Shown here piece after piece: positions 22,027 through 33,665 of a DNA stretch of 64,000 bases; within the stretch, counting starts at the first letter, position 1; the number at the start of each line of letters is the position of its first letter. A model generated the notes under the pieces. That model had not been told where the DNA came from. It did no database searches and saw only the letters and a list, made by a program, of their open reading frames with translations. The stretch spans positions 188,045 through 252,044 of the forward strand of contig BCKQ01000013.1 of the NCBI GenBank assembly GCA_001600695.1, given 5' to 3'. This DNA is from Ascoidea asiatica JCM 7603 (Eukaryota > Fungi > Ascomycota). A program made the position numbers and the translations under genes.

Positions 22027-25000
22027 ATGGAATCAATAATAGATTCAACTACTGATTTTGATTCAAATCTAGATTCAATCTCTCAATCAAATATCAATAC
22101 TGATTCAATTGAAAATATAGATTCAAATATTGAATCAAATATTGAATCAAATATTGAAACAAATATTGAAACAAATATTGAAACAAATATTGAAACAAAA
22201 AAATCATTAAGAAATTTAAAATTTAATGAAAATTTAAATTCAACAATAAATTATAAAATTTCAAATAAATTAATTTTAAAAAGATTAAAATTATTATTTG
22301 AAGAATTAAAAACTTTTGATCAAGATAATATAAATTTAAATTCATTAAATAATTTAAAATTAAATTTATTTAATTTATTATTAAATAATTTAAATTTTAT
22401 TAATAATTTTAATAATTATTCAATTTTAATTTATATTTCTTTAAATTTTTCTGAAATTTTAAGAATTTATGCTCCAAATTCTCCATATAATTCAATTCAA
22501 TTAAATTTAATTTTTAAATCTTTTATAAAAAATTTTATAAATCTTTCAATTCTTTCAAATAAATATAATAATACTTTAAATAAAGATAATGAAATTTCAT
22601 ATTTAAATCAATATTTATATTTAATTAAAAATTTATCTGATTATAAAATTATAATTTTAATAACTGATTTAAATTATTCAATTTCAAAAAATTTAATAAT
22701 AAATTTATTTAATTCATTTTATATAAATTTAAAAAATTTTAAATTTAATTTAATTTTCATTAATAAAATCTCAATTCTTTTAAATATAATTATTAATGAA
22801 ATTAATAAAATTCCATTAAAAATTTTAAATTTATTATTAAATTCTTTAATTAATGATAATAATAATTTAATTCAAAATACTTTTAATTATACAAATTTTA
22901 TTTGTAATTCAAATATTATAAAATTATCTCCAATTTTAAATAAATTTATCTCAAATTCAATTAATAATAATTCAAATTTAAATATAAATGATAAAATTTT
23001 TAAAAAAATTAATAATTTATATATTAAAATTTATAAATTTATACCAGATTTATTATATTCAATTATAAATATTTTAAATAATAATTTATCAAATTTAAAT
23101 ATTAATAATAGAATTTTTTCAATAGAAATTTTAACAAATTTAATTTTATCAATAAATATAAATTCAAAATTTAATTTATTAATTAAATTTAATCAAATTT
23201 TTAAAAATTTCTTAAAAAAATCTTTTGATATTTCAATAATTATAAAAATTAAATTTATAAAAAATTTATTTAAAATTTTTAAATTTAATAAATTAAATAA
23301 TGATTTTTTCTTTTATAAAAAATTTTATTTAATAATTTTAAATTATTTAATAAATTTAAATGATAATTTAAAAAATTTAACTTTAAATTTAATTTATAAA
23401 TATTTTTTACCAAATTTATTTTTTATAAAATTTAATTATAATATTTTAATTATGAATATTTTAAAAAATTTATTAAGATCTAAAAATCATAAAATTAGAA
23501 CTATTATTATTCAAATTTTATCTACTTTATATGATTATCATTTCAATGATTTAATATCTTTTGATCAAGATATTACTCCAGATACTCAAGAGATTCAAGA
23601 AAATAAAGAAAATAAAGAAAATAAAGAAAATAAAGAAAATGAAAGTGATAATGATAATGATCATATTCAAGAAATCAAAGACATCAACGACATCAACGAC
23701 AACAACCATGACGATAATGATATAAATAAAAGATATAATATTAAACAATTAATTGGTTGGATTCCAGAAAATATTTTAAATCTTATGTATATTAATAATA
23801 TTGAAATTAATTATTTAGTTGATAAATTTTTAATTGAAAAAATTTTCACAATTCAATCAAATAATGAAATTCGTGTAAGAAGAATTTTATATATCTTTAA
23901 AAATTTAAATAAAAAATCAAAAAATTCATTTATTGCTTTAAATAAACGTCAAATTCAATTATCAAAAATTTTTAAAATTTTTTTAAAATTATCTGAAAAT
24001 TTTAATGGTGGTAATTTAAAAAATTTAACTTTAAAAAATGATTTAATTTTAAAAATTAATAATGTTATAAATTGGTTATGTGTACAAATTCCAAAAGATT
24101 TAAATACTTTTAATATTTTAAATTTTTTCATTTATTTAAATAATAAAAGAATTTATCATCTTATAAATTTATTAATTTCAACTGAAAGTAATTATGAAAC
24201 TATAAAAAATTCATTGAAAGAACTTTTTAATAGATTAAATGATCCAAATTTAATATCAAATTATAATTCAAAAAATCCAAATAATAAATTTAATATAAAT
24301 TCAATTGATTTAATTAAAAATTTTAAAATTTTTATGTATAGATCTTCATTATTTTTTTTTAATAAAAGTAATTTATCAATAATTATGTCAATTTCAAAAA
24401 ATTATAATGATAATCTTAATAAAATTGCAAATGTTTTAATTCAAGAAATTTCAAATATTTTACCAATTGTATTTCAAAATCATATTCATGAATTAAATAA
24501 TATTATTATAAATAAATCTCCAAATAAATTAAATAATAATTTTAAAAATTATTCTGAAATAAATTTACAAACAATTAAAACTTCTTTTCATTTTTTTAAA
24601 AAATATTCTGATTTTTTACCAAATGATGAAACTTATTTTATTAGTTTAAAAAATTTCTCAAAATTTGGTACTCCATTAGAATCAAAATATTCTATAAAAA
24701 TTTTATCACTTTCAAAGAAAAAAGAAAATTTATTATCTTCAATTTTTAATGATATTTATCCCTTGGAATATAATAATTCAAATTTTATAACTCATTTATC
24801 TGCAATTACAGAAATTTTTTTACATGAACCTTTAATTGTTGAACCTGAAGCAAGTGATATAACTTCATATTTAATTAAAAATATTTTATTAGAAAATAAA
24901 AGAAATTTAGATATTGATGATATTAAAAATAATAAATTAGATAAACAAAATTCAAATTTAATTACAATTGAAGAAATGGAAAAAGGTTTTCATAAAAATT

Positions 25001-26628
25001 GTTATGCAAAAGTTTTTACTTTAAAACTTTTTGTAAATAGATTAAAATCTTTAGAAAATAGTTCAACTGCAGAAGAATTAGGTGCCATGGTACTTAAACT
25101 TTTAATTTCTTTAATAAGTAATGGTGGAGAAATTGTACCTTCAAAATCAAAAAGTTTTCCAACTCCATTAAATTATCAAACAACTTTAAGATTAACTTCA
25201 GGTTTAATGATTTTAAAACTTGTTAAATTACCTATATATAGTAAAATGGTAAAACCAGTAACAACAAATAGATTAATTTATTTAATTCAAGATGAAAATA
25301 TTGATGTAAGACGTGAATTTATTACAAAATTAAAAAAATATATAAATAATGAAGAAATTTCTGAAAGATTTTTACCATTAATTTATTTTATGGCTCATGA
25401 ACCTAATGAAATTTTAAAAAATGATATAAAAACTTGGATTAGATCTTCATTTCAAAGAAAATTATTAAGTAAAGATGATAAAAAAGATATAAAATTTGAA
25501 AAAAGTTTTGTAAGAATGTTAAATATGATTACTCATCATCATGAATTTATTGATTTAATTGAAAAAGCTAAAAATTTAAATTTTGATATAGAAGAAAATG
25601 ATAATGAAATTAATAAAGAAAATAAAATTTTTGAAATTAAAAAAGAAAAAAAATCTCATTCTGAACAAGGTTTATTTGAAGCATATAGTTTTGCAATGGC
25701 ATATATAACATTTTATTTAGATGTAATTGCAACTGCAGAAAATATATCATTATTATATTATTTTTGTAATAGAATAAAACAATATAGAGATGCATTAATT
25801 CCTTCAGAAAATTATGAAAAAAAAAATCCACCAGATTCAACATTTAATCTTTATAGAATTTCAGAATTAGGTTGTATGATAATTAAATCATTATCAAATC
25901 ATAAAGGATGGATTTTACAAACTTGGCCAGGTAAAATTCAATTATTTGCAGATTTATTTAGTCCAATGAAATCATCATCTGAAGCACAAAAAATAGCTTC
26001 AAGAATTTTTATTCAAGAATCTCTTGTTAAAAAATTACAAGAATATATTGAATTAGAAGTTCATAAAATGACATCAAGTAAAAAGAAAAAAACAGTAATA
26101 TCAAGTTTAAAAAATTCAAATGAAAAAAAATCAAAAATAAATACAAAATTTGAAAAAAATGAGAAATCAGAGAAATCAGAGAAATCAGAGAAATCAGAGA
26201 AATCCAAATCTTTAAAAAGGGGTAGAAAGAAAAATTCGGATAATAAAAGTTCATATTCTGGGAAAAGGGGGAAAAAAATGAAAGTTGACCAACCTCTCAG
26301 ACGTAGTTCTCGAAATAGAAAAGTTGTTAATTATGGAGGAGAATCTGATGAAGAAGATGAAAGTGAGGAAGAATTAGAAGAAGAATTAAAAGAAGAATCA
26401 GGATCAGAATCAGGATCAGAATCAGGATCAGGATCAGAAGAAGAAAAGGAATCACATAATAAAGAAGATACGGAAGATACAGATGATTTACAAAACATAG
26501 GAAATATAAATGATATAGAAGATGTAGAAGATGTAGAGGATGTAGAAAATATGGATGATATAGGAGATGTAGGAGATATAAGTGATATAGAAAATATGAG
26601 TGATATGGGAGATATAGAAGATATATGA
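22027..26628 (+). CDS. PDS5: Sister chromatid cohesion protein Pds5
   Basis: EILRIYAPNSPY, IGWIPENILNLMYINN, FGTPLESKYSIKIL, LKLFVNRL, QDENIDVRREFITKL, AENISLLYY..RIKQYRD, LYRISEL, WPGKIQLFADLF. Confidence 0.93.
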   Translation: MESIIDSTTDFDSNLDSISQSNINTDSIENIDSNIESNIESNIETNIETNIETNIETKKSLRNLKFNENLNSTINYKISNKLILKRLKLLFEELKTFDQDNINLNSLNNLKLNLFNLLLNNLNFINNFNNYSILIYISLNFSEILRIYAPNSPYNSIQLNLIFKSFIKNFINLSILSNKYNNTLNKDNEISYLNQYLYLIKNLSDYKIIILITDLNYSISKNLIINLFNSFYINLKNFKFNLIFINKISILLNIIINEINKIPLKILNLLLNSLINDNNNLIQNTFNYTNFICNSNIIKLSPILNKFISNSINNNSNLNINDKIFKKINNLYIKIYKFIPDLLYSIINILNNNLSNLNINNRIFSIEILTNLILSININSKFNLLIKFNQIFKNFLKKSFDISIIIKIKFIKNLFKIFKFNKLNNDFFFYKKFYLIILNYLINLNDNLKNLTLNLIYKYFLPNLFFIKFNYNILIMNILKNLLRSKNHKIRTIIIQILSTLYDYHFNDLISFDQDITPDTQEIQENKENKENKENKENESDNDNDHIQEIKDINDINDNNHDDNDINKRYNIKQLIGWIPENILNLMYINNIEINYLVDKFLIEKIFTIQSNNEIRVRRILYIFKNLNKKSKNSFIALNKRQIQLSKIFKIFLKLSENFNGGNLKNLTLKNDLILKINNVINWLCVQIPKDLNTFNILNFFIYLNNKRIYHLINLLISTESNYETIKNSLKELFNRLNDPNLISNYNSKNPNNKFNINSIDLIKNFKIFMYRSSLFFFNKSNLSIIMSISKNYNDNLNKIANVLIQEISNILPIVFQNHIHELNNIIINKSPNKLNNNFKNYSEINLQTIKTSFHFFKKYSDFLPNDETYFISLKNFSKFGTPLESKYSIKILSLSKKKENLLSSIFNDIYPLEYNNSNFITHLSAITEIFLHEPLIVEPEASDITSYLIKNILLENKRNLDIDDIKNNKLDKQNSNLITIEEMEKGFHKNCYAKVFTLKLFVNRLKSLENSSTAEELGAMVLKLLISLISNGGEIVPSKSKSFPTPLNYQTTLRLTSGLMILKLVKLPIYSKMVKPVTTNRLIYLIQDENIDVRREFITKLKKYINNEEISERFLPLIYFMAHEPNEILKNDIKTWIRSSFQRKLLSKDDKKDIKFEKSFVRMLNMITHHHEFIDLIEKAKNLNFDIEENDNEINKENKIFEIKKEKKSHSEQGLFEAYSFAMAYITFYLDVIATAENISLLYYFCNRIKQYRDALIPSENYEKKNPPDSTFNLYRISELGCMIIKSLSNHKGWILQTWPGKIQLFADLFSPMKSSSEAQKIASRIFIQESLVKKLQEYIELEVHKMTSSKKKKTVISSLKNSNEKKSKINTKFEKNEKSEKSEKSEKSEKSKSLKRGRKKNSDNKSSYSGKRGKKMKVDQPLRRSSRNRKVVNYGGESDEEDESEEELEEELKEESGSESGSESGSGSEEEKESHNKEDTEDTDDLQNIGNINDIEDVEDVEDVENMDDIGDVGDISDIENMSDMGDIEDI

Positions 26629-27266
26629 GATATAGAAGATATATGAGAAGAAGGAATACATAAAGATAAAGAAGATAGTGATGGTAATGAAGATTTAGAT
26701 TCTCTTAAGATGTATATTAATTTTTTTTTTATAATTAGATTTTTTTTTTTTTTTGGCTTTTATCAAATTTTTATGTTTATATTTTACATTATTTCTTTTA
26801 CTTTTCATAATTTCAATTTTTTTTTTTTCTGTTTATATTTTGCTATATTTTAAGGATTGTATTTAATCTACAAGAAAAGGAAAAAATAAATTCTCTTTTA
26901 TATTATTATTTATTACTTATTTACTTATTACTAATAACTATATTTAAAATTCCATTATATTATTACTCTTTGTTGGTTGGATTATTAGTAAATATTTTAT
27001 AAATTTTTGAAAACACATACATGTATTGTGAATTAAGTTTCTATTTCAAAAAATTGAATTATTTTAGCAAATCATTTGAATTATTCTTTGATTATTTCTT
27101 ATTTCTTATTTCTTATTTCTTATTTCTTATATTTATATTCTTATATTTATAACTAGCATTTAATATTAGTTTGAATTTAACACCAAAATTTTTTTTAAAA
27201 AAACATATTAAAAAAAAACCATCAAAAATTTTTTATTATTTTAAAAAAAAAGAAAGATTATAAAGT

Positions 27267-27728
27267 TTAAGTTGAAGTAGTTGTTGTAGTTTCTGGAGTT
27301 TCTTCATTAGTTGAAGGAGTTCTAACAAAGTAATTTCTAACAGAAAGATTCATTCTATCAAAAGAATGTAAAGTTCTTAAACCAAAATCATCTAATCTAT
27401 CAATTGTATTTTTACCAACTTCACCAGTATGAGTTCTAACATATTGAAAAGAAGGATTAATAAAAGGATGAGCAGTTTTAATAATATTACCAAGACCCCA
27501 ATAAGTTTCAACATGTTCCATTGTTAAAGATCTTATAACAGGATTTGATTGTTCATTAACTTCTTCAACAGAAGGGATTTCAAGAGCAGGAGCTGTAGAA
27601 GGTTCAGGAGCAGCAACAACTGGAGCATCAGGAGTAGTCATTTCTGAAGAATTATTATTATTATTATTATTATTATTAGAAGAAGAAGAAGAAGAGTTCA
27701 ATTGTCTAAAAAAAGAACGAATTGGCAT
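27267..27728 (-). CDS. Small protein resembling the N-terminal part of fungal perilipin-like (Pet10/Sps4/CAP20) proteins
   Basis: S..MEHVETY...DRLDDFGLRTLHSFD resembles the family pattern 'S..HL..YP...LD.FGD..L..(V/F)D'; codon usage looks like a real gene. Confidence 0.5.
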   Translation of the reverse strand: MPIRSFFRQLNSSSSSSNNNNNNNNNSSEMTTPDAPVVAAPEPSTAPALEIPSVEEVNEQSNPVIRSLTMEHVETYWGLGNIIKTAHPFINPSFQYVRTHTGEVGKNTIDRLDDFGLRTLHSFDRMNLSVRNYFVRTPSTNEETPETTTTTST

Positions 27729-28641
27729 ATTAGGATTTGAAATTTGTAAAAATAAAATTAAATTTGAATTTGATTGAATTAAATTATATAATCTTTTACT
27801 TCTTTCTTGTTCTTTTTCTATAATAATTTGTTTAATTAATCTAATTGAAGAAGATATTTGATGTAAACTTCTTAAAGTATTAATTGGAAATGTAATAATA
27901 GTACTAGTAATATTAAAAAGTGGAGGAATTAATTGTATAATACTTAAAACAACAAGATTACTTATTTTGAAGAATTATTAAAGAAATAATAAAAATAAAA
28001 TTGTAGATAAACTAAAAACAAATAGAAATAGAAAGTAAATGATATTATTATTATTATATTATTATGTTATAATGTTATAATGTTATAATGTTATAATGAT
28101 TATTTTATTTATTATACTCTCAAATTTTATTTTGGTTAACCAATTATTTTATAATATGTGATCGATGATAAAAGACAAAGAGAGAGAAGAAGAAGAAGAA
28201 GAAGAAGAAGAAAGAAATAAAAAAATAAAAGAATGACCAAGAGAAAACAACATATTTATAAACCAAAAAAGAAGAATGAATCATTGAATATTTGAATATT
28301 TCAATCTTTGTTTGATTGAATTGTTGGAAATGAGTCTTTTGAGCAACTTTTGGAATATGTTTTTGTGTCAGGGAGCTAAATTTCAGAGGACAAAGAGAAG
28401 AAAGTCAGGAATCTCCACTGTCTTTGATAGTCTTTGACTGTCTTTGATAGTCTTTGTGCTTGTGGTGGTTTGGTTGGATTTGGTGCATTTGGTGCATTTG
28501 GTGAAAGAAGCACAAAAGGACAATTTTTGAAAGTGACGAAGATTCAAAAGAAGCAGAAGAAATGAAAATAATAAAAACAATAACAATAAAAATAACAATA
28601 ACAATGTTGATGTTTCGTTTTTTCGCGTCTGGTTATCGGAA

Positions 28642-28665
28642 AAGAAGTACCGTGTTTCTGGTCTC
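28642..28665 (+). promoter_or_regulatory. Single consensus motif copy
   Basis: AAGAAGTACC-gtgtttct-GGTCTC. Confidence 0.75.
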
Positions 28666-28915
28666 TTTTTTGAAGTTTCACAATTTCACAATTTTCGATA
28701 ATAAACAATGAAATAAATGAAATAAATGAAATAAACAATGAAATAGATGAAATAAATAGAGGATATTTCAATATTATAATAGAGAATAGTTTAATTTAGA
28801 TTAAATAATTCATTGAAGAATTGAAAATCATTTCATTATATAGTGTATATGCTTCATGATAAAAAACAAGATAAGAAAAAGAAATAAAAATAAAGAAAAT
28901 TTGAGAAAAAATGAA

Positions 28916-30664
28916 TTATATATTTTCTTTTGAGGAATGAATTAAATTTGTAATTGAGATTAAATTTGGATCTGGATTTAATTCACCTAATGAAGAATTA
29001 TATAAAATTATATTATTTTTTCTTGAATCTTTTTTTTCTTGATTTTTATAAAACCATAAAACAATAAAACTAAAAATTATTAAAATTATTGCAAATGTTG
29101 CAGTTGTTGAATAACCAATTAAATATCTTGGACCATTAATAGTTGGCCATATAAGTCTATCAATCCAAATTGTTGTTGATTGAGAAATAATAAAAATAGT
29201 TAACCAAGAAATTGCTCTTTCTTGTGGATTATGTCTTAAAATATCATTAATCCAAGCACAAACTGTTGGTGATGAAGCCCAACCTGCAAATTGAATAGAA
29301 AATGCAAACCATTTTAAATTATTATTAACATTCCAAATACTTAAAATTAAATTTCCAATAAAATTAATAATTTGAATTAAAATTATACCACCATATCTAC
29401 ATCTACATAAATCACCAATTAATGAACAAATTCCAATTAATAAAATTCCAACTGCTGGACTTATAGTTGTTAAATTATTTAATTTTGTTGTATTAAATTT
29501 TTTAAGAGATTTTAACCATAATGCATAACCATTACCTGGATGATTAGTATTATTAAAAGTACATGTATAAAAAAAAAATAGAATATAAATTTGCCAAGTT
29601 GTTAAAATTTTTTTCCAAATTTTTTTATCAAAAAATTTTTGAGATTTTCTTGGTGGTGGTATAATATTTGCTTTTTTTAATCTACCTCTTGCAATTTTTA
29701 TTTCTTCATCTGTTAAAAATAATGAATAACATTTATTTGGAGTTCCTGGTAATAAAAAAAATCCAATAATTCCAATTGGTAAAGTTACAATTGAACTTAT
29801 AATAAACATCCATCTCCAACCTGAAATACCATTAACATCATTTAAATGTTTATGAACTGAAGCTTGAAATAAACCTGAAGACATAGTACCAATCATTTGA
29901 CCAAAATAATGAAATGCACCTCTTCTTGATAATTCACCAGGTAAATACCATGAACCAAATAAATATTGAGTTGTAGTAAAAAAACCAGATTCAAATAAAC
30001 CAACAAAAAATCTATATACCATTACATCTCCTGTTTTCTTTGATTTATATTGTGCTAAAGTAAAACAACCCCAACCAAGATCCATAAATGGTAAAATAAA
30101 ATGAATTGGCCATCTTGGTAATATATACATAAAAGGTATTTGAAATATTACTACAGCTATATTAAAAATAGTAATTATATTAATATAATCATTACCTTTC
30201 ATATTTATTTCTTCTTTCATTCCAGATACATAAGCATTTGCAATATTATTTGCATCTAAAGCTCTAACCCAATAAACAATAAAAACATAAAATGTAATTA
30301 AAAAATCTAATTTCCAAATTAATTTTTTTTCTGCATTTGAAGTACCTTTATCAAACCATTGAAACCATTTATGTTTTTCTCTTGAAAATTTATTTAATCT
30401 AAATTCATATTCATCAAAAAATTTCCACCATTTTCTATTTGAAATATCTCTATATTCAATTTCTTCACCTTTTAAATTAAATTTATCTATATTTATTTTA
30501 TCTAAAGATTCTAAAGATGATTCAATATTAATATTATCATTTGAATTATCATTTGAATTAATATTTTGTAATTTAAAAAAATCATGAGAATCTTCATAAT
30601 CTTCAACTTCTCTAATTTTAATTGGTAAAAATTTTGCTAATTTATCTATAAAACTTTCAGACAT
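28916..30664 (-). CDS. SEO1: MFS permease of the Dal5/allantoate family, Seo1-like
   Basis: EYRDISNRKWWKFFDEYEFR, KWFQWFDKGTS.AEKKLIWKLD, NAYVSGMKEE, GSWY...EL.RR, GISGWRWMF. Confidence 0.88.
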   Translation of the reverse strand: MSESFIDKLAKFLPIKIREVEDYEDSHDFFKLQNINSNDNSNDNINIESSLESLDKINIDKFNLKGEEIEYRDISNRKWWKFFDEYEFRLNKFSREKHKWFQWFDKGTSNAEKKLIWKLDFLITFYVFIVYWVRALDANNIANAYVSGMKEEINMKGNDYINIITIFNIAVVIFQIPFMYILPRWPIHFILPFMDLGWGCFTLAQYKSKKTGDVMVYRFFVGLFESGFFTTTQYLFGSWYLPGELSRRGAFHYFGQMIGTMSSGLFQASVHKHLNDVNGISGWRWMFIISSIVTLPIGIIGFFLLPGTPNKCYSLFLTDEEIKIARGRLKKANIIPPPRKSQKFFDKKIWKKILTTWQIYILFFFYTCTFNNTNHPGNGYALWLKSLKKFNTTKLNNLTTISPAVGILLIGICSLIGDLCRCRYGGIILIQIINFIGNLILSIWNVNNNLKWFAFSIQFAGWASSPTVCAWINDILRHNPQERAISWLTIFIISQSTTIWIDRLIWPTINGPRYLIGYSTTATFAIILIIFSFIVLWFYKNQEKKDSRKNNIILYNSSLGELNPDPNLISITNLIHSSKENI

Positions 30665-31186
30665 TTTTATAATTAATTATATTATATTATATTATATTAT
30701 ATTATATTATATTATATTATATATATATTATTGAAAAATAAAGTAATTAATATAAAAAAAAAGATGATTAAATTAGGTAATATTCAATTCATTTTATATT
30801 TCATTTTAAATTTCATTTTAAATTTCATTATATATATTTCATTTTAAGTTATAAATTTAATTAAATTTCAATATAGAAAAAATTTTCATTATGATAAAAT
30901 TTTAAAAGCTAGATTAAAATGAATTAAGAATTTTGATTGCACTTAATCATGATTATTTCCATCATTTTTTTCATTTTTTTTGTTATTTTTTGTTATTTTT
31001 TGTTATTCAAGTTCAAGCAATTGCCAAACTTTAAAGAATTGTATTTTTGCAGCCGATAAATATTGATTGTAAAGGTATTTTGAAGTATATTTGTAATATA
31101 GAAGAGTTGAATATCCCATTGGAAAAGGGCTGTGGTGAAAACTTCAGTTTAGTTTATTGTGAAAAGCTAAATAAAATAGGAAGAAA

Positions 31187-31222
<36 letters not shown>

Positions 31223-31369
31223 GAATTAAATGACTGAATAAATGAACCAAGAATATTCACACATTATTCACCAGAAGTAATTAAGTATATAATGATTCAA
31301 TTTATTATCAATATTTCATTGAAATTGAATATTTGAGATATAATCTAGGATATTATCACTCACTTCTCA

Positions 31370-31557
31370 CTTCCCTCTTCTTCCCTCTTCTTCCCTCTTC
31401 TTCATTATCTTATTCAGTATCTTATTCAGTTACTCTTCTTCTTCCCTCTTCTCCATTATCTTCTTCAGTTCTTCTTCATTATCTTATTCATTATCTTCTT
31501 CTTCTTCTTCATTATCTTATTCATTATCTTCTTCTTCTTCCCTCTTCTTCTCTCTTT
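31370..31557. repeat. Degenerate pyrimidine-rich (CTT / CATTATCTT) tandem repeat
   Basis: Repeats of CTTCCCTCTT and CATTATCTTATTCATTATCTTCTTCTT. Confidence 0.8.
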
Positions 31558-31607
31558 TTCATTGTTAATTCTTTTTTATTTTCTTTTAACCACAAAAACA
31601 AGCAGAA

Positions 31608-31631
31608 AAGAAGACCCGTGAAAGTGGTCTC
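31608..31631 (+). promoter_or_regulatory. Single consensus motif copy
   Basis: AAGAAGACCC-gtgaaagt-GGTCTC. Confidence 0.75.
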
Positions 31632-31796
31632 GTTCCGGTTTCGGATTTTATATTATATTATATTGTATTATATTGTATTATATTATATTATATATTATAT
31701 TATTATATTCCATTGAAGAGTCAATCTACAATTTATGAATTAGAATATTAAAAATGAAAAATATTAATTAAAGAATATATATATATAAATATTATA

Positions 31797-33665
31797 TTAC
31801 CATAAACTAAGTAATTGATCTTCTTCATCTTCTTCATCAAATTTTTTTTGTTTTTTAATAAATTTTTTTTCTTCTTTTAATAATCTTTTATTATATTTCT
31901 CAATTAAATTTTTTTTAATATTTTTATTTAAAATTGGATATTTTTTAAATAATAATAAAATTTGTTTTGAACAATTTCTTCTAAATGAATGTCTAATAAT
32001 TGAAGAAAAATATTTTTGAAAAATTTCTGAATAAATTTCTGGTTTTTTAATAAATAATTTATAAATTATTGGTAATTCATTAATTAATTTTGATAATAAA
32101 CAATTTTTATTTAAAAAATCATATCTTAATACATAAATTTTTATAATTAAATAATCATTTCTTTTAATTTCTTTATTATCAATTATTAAAATTTTAAAAA
32201 AATTCCATAATTCATTCATTAATATTAATCTTTTTTCTTTTAAATCTTTTAAATCTTTTAAATCTTTTAAATCTTTTAATGATTTTTCAAAAATTATATT
32301 TTTTGGTAATGAAGTTAAATTTGCCCATTTAAATAAACTTATCCACATTTTTGAAGATTCTTTATTATTAAAATTTAATTTTTTTTTATAAAATTTTTTA
32401 AAATTTATTAAATATAATAAACCTTCATAAAATAAATCATTATATGAAAATGAAGTAATAATTGAAGTAAGAATTTTAAAATTTATTTCATTATCAAAAT
32501 TTATATCTTTTGTTGTGATATTTAAATTTGAATCAATATTCCAATAATGTTTAATATAATCTCTTAAAATTTTAATATTTCCAACTTTTCCAATACTTGT
32601 AATTATAAAAGAATGTGTTAATAAATTTGGTTTAATTTTTGGTTTTGAATTTTGAAAATTTTCTAATAATATACTAAAATTTTTATTTAAATTATCATTT
32701 TCTTCTTGATTATAATTATAATGATAATGATAATGATGATGATTATCAATTGGAGTAAAAAAAGAAATTTTTTTAAAATTTTTATAATTCCAAAATTGTG
32801 GTAAATTATTTGATAAATATTGAAATTTTAAATTCCAAAAATATAAATCTAAATTAATATTATTTAAATCTAATAAATTAAAAATTTCATTAATTTTTTT
32901 AAAATTTTCATTATCACCATAAAATTTTATTAATTTTTTATATGAATTTAATGGATAAATTAATGAATTATTTGAATTTGAATTTGAATTTGAATTTGAA
33001 ATTTTTGATTTTAATTCATAAAAATTCATAAGATTTAAAATCATTTTATAATATTCATTTGAAAAAGATTTAAGTGATAATGAATAAGATTTATTAATTT
33101 TATAATTAATTTTTGATAAATTTAATAATTTTGTTTGTTTACCAATAAATTTTGAAATTAATTTTAATAATAATTTATTATTAAAATCATTAAAAAAAAT
33201 TAAATTAAAAATATTATTAATTTCCATAAATTTATTTAAATTAATTAAATTATTTAATAATAATAAAATATTATGATTTGGTTTTTTTAAATATAAATAA
33301 TAATTAATTTTTTTTAAAATTTCAATTCTTGTTTTTTCATCATTTATATTAATATCTAAAATTATATTTGTAATTGAATTTTTAGGAATTTTTATAATTT
33401 TATTATTTATAAAATAATTTTTAATTTTATCATTATCACTATTAATATTAATATTATTATTAATATTATTATTATTATTATTATTATTTATATTAATATC
33501 TTTAATTTGAGAATTGGAATTAGAATTGGAATTAGAAGATTCAAAAGATGAATGATCTAAAAAATTTGAAGGATTTAAAATTGTTGAAATGAATTTTTTA
33601 TTTTGAAAAAGTAAAATATTATTTATATGTTTTTTACAAACATTAAAATTATTAGTTATATACAT
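31797..33665 (-). CDS. AEP2: Mitochondrial ATPase expression protein 2 (ATP13 domain, PPR-like)
   Basis: KPNLLTHSFIITSIGKVGNI..YIKHYWNID..ILTSIITSFSYND..F.K.Y..MWISLFKWA; presequence-like N-terminus. Confidence 0.7.
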   Translation of the reverse strand: MYITNNFNVCKKHINNILLFQNKKFISTILNPSNFLDHSSFESSNSNSNSNSQIKDININNNNNNNNINNNININSDNDKIKNYFINNKIIKIPKNSITNIILDININDEKTRIEILKKINYYLYLKKPNHNILLLLNNLINLNKFMEINNIFNLIFFNDFNNKLLLKLISKFIGKQTKLLNLSKINYKINKSYSLSLKSFSNEYYKMILNLMNFYELKSKISNSNSNSNSNNSLIYPLNSYKKLIKFYGDNENFKKINEIFNLLDLNNINLDLYFWNLKFQYLSNNLPQFWNYKNFKKISFFTPIDNHHHYHYHYNYNQEENDNLNKNFSILLENFQNSKPKIKPNLLTHSFIITSIGKVGNIKILRDYIKHYWNIDSNLNITTKDINFDNEINFKILTSIITSFSYNDLFYEGLLYLINFKKFYKKKLNFNNKESSKMWISLFKWANLTSLPKNIIFEKSLKDLKDLKDLKDLKEKRLILMNELWNFFKILIIDNKEIKRNDYLIIKIYVLRYDFLNKNCLLSKLINELPIIYKLFIKKPEIYSEIFQKYFSSIIRHSFRRNCSKQILLLFKKYPILNKNIKKNLIEKYNKRLLKEEKKFIKKQKKFDEEDEEDQLLSLW

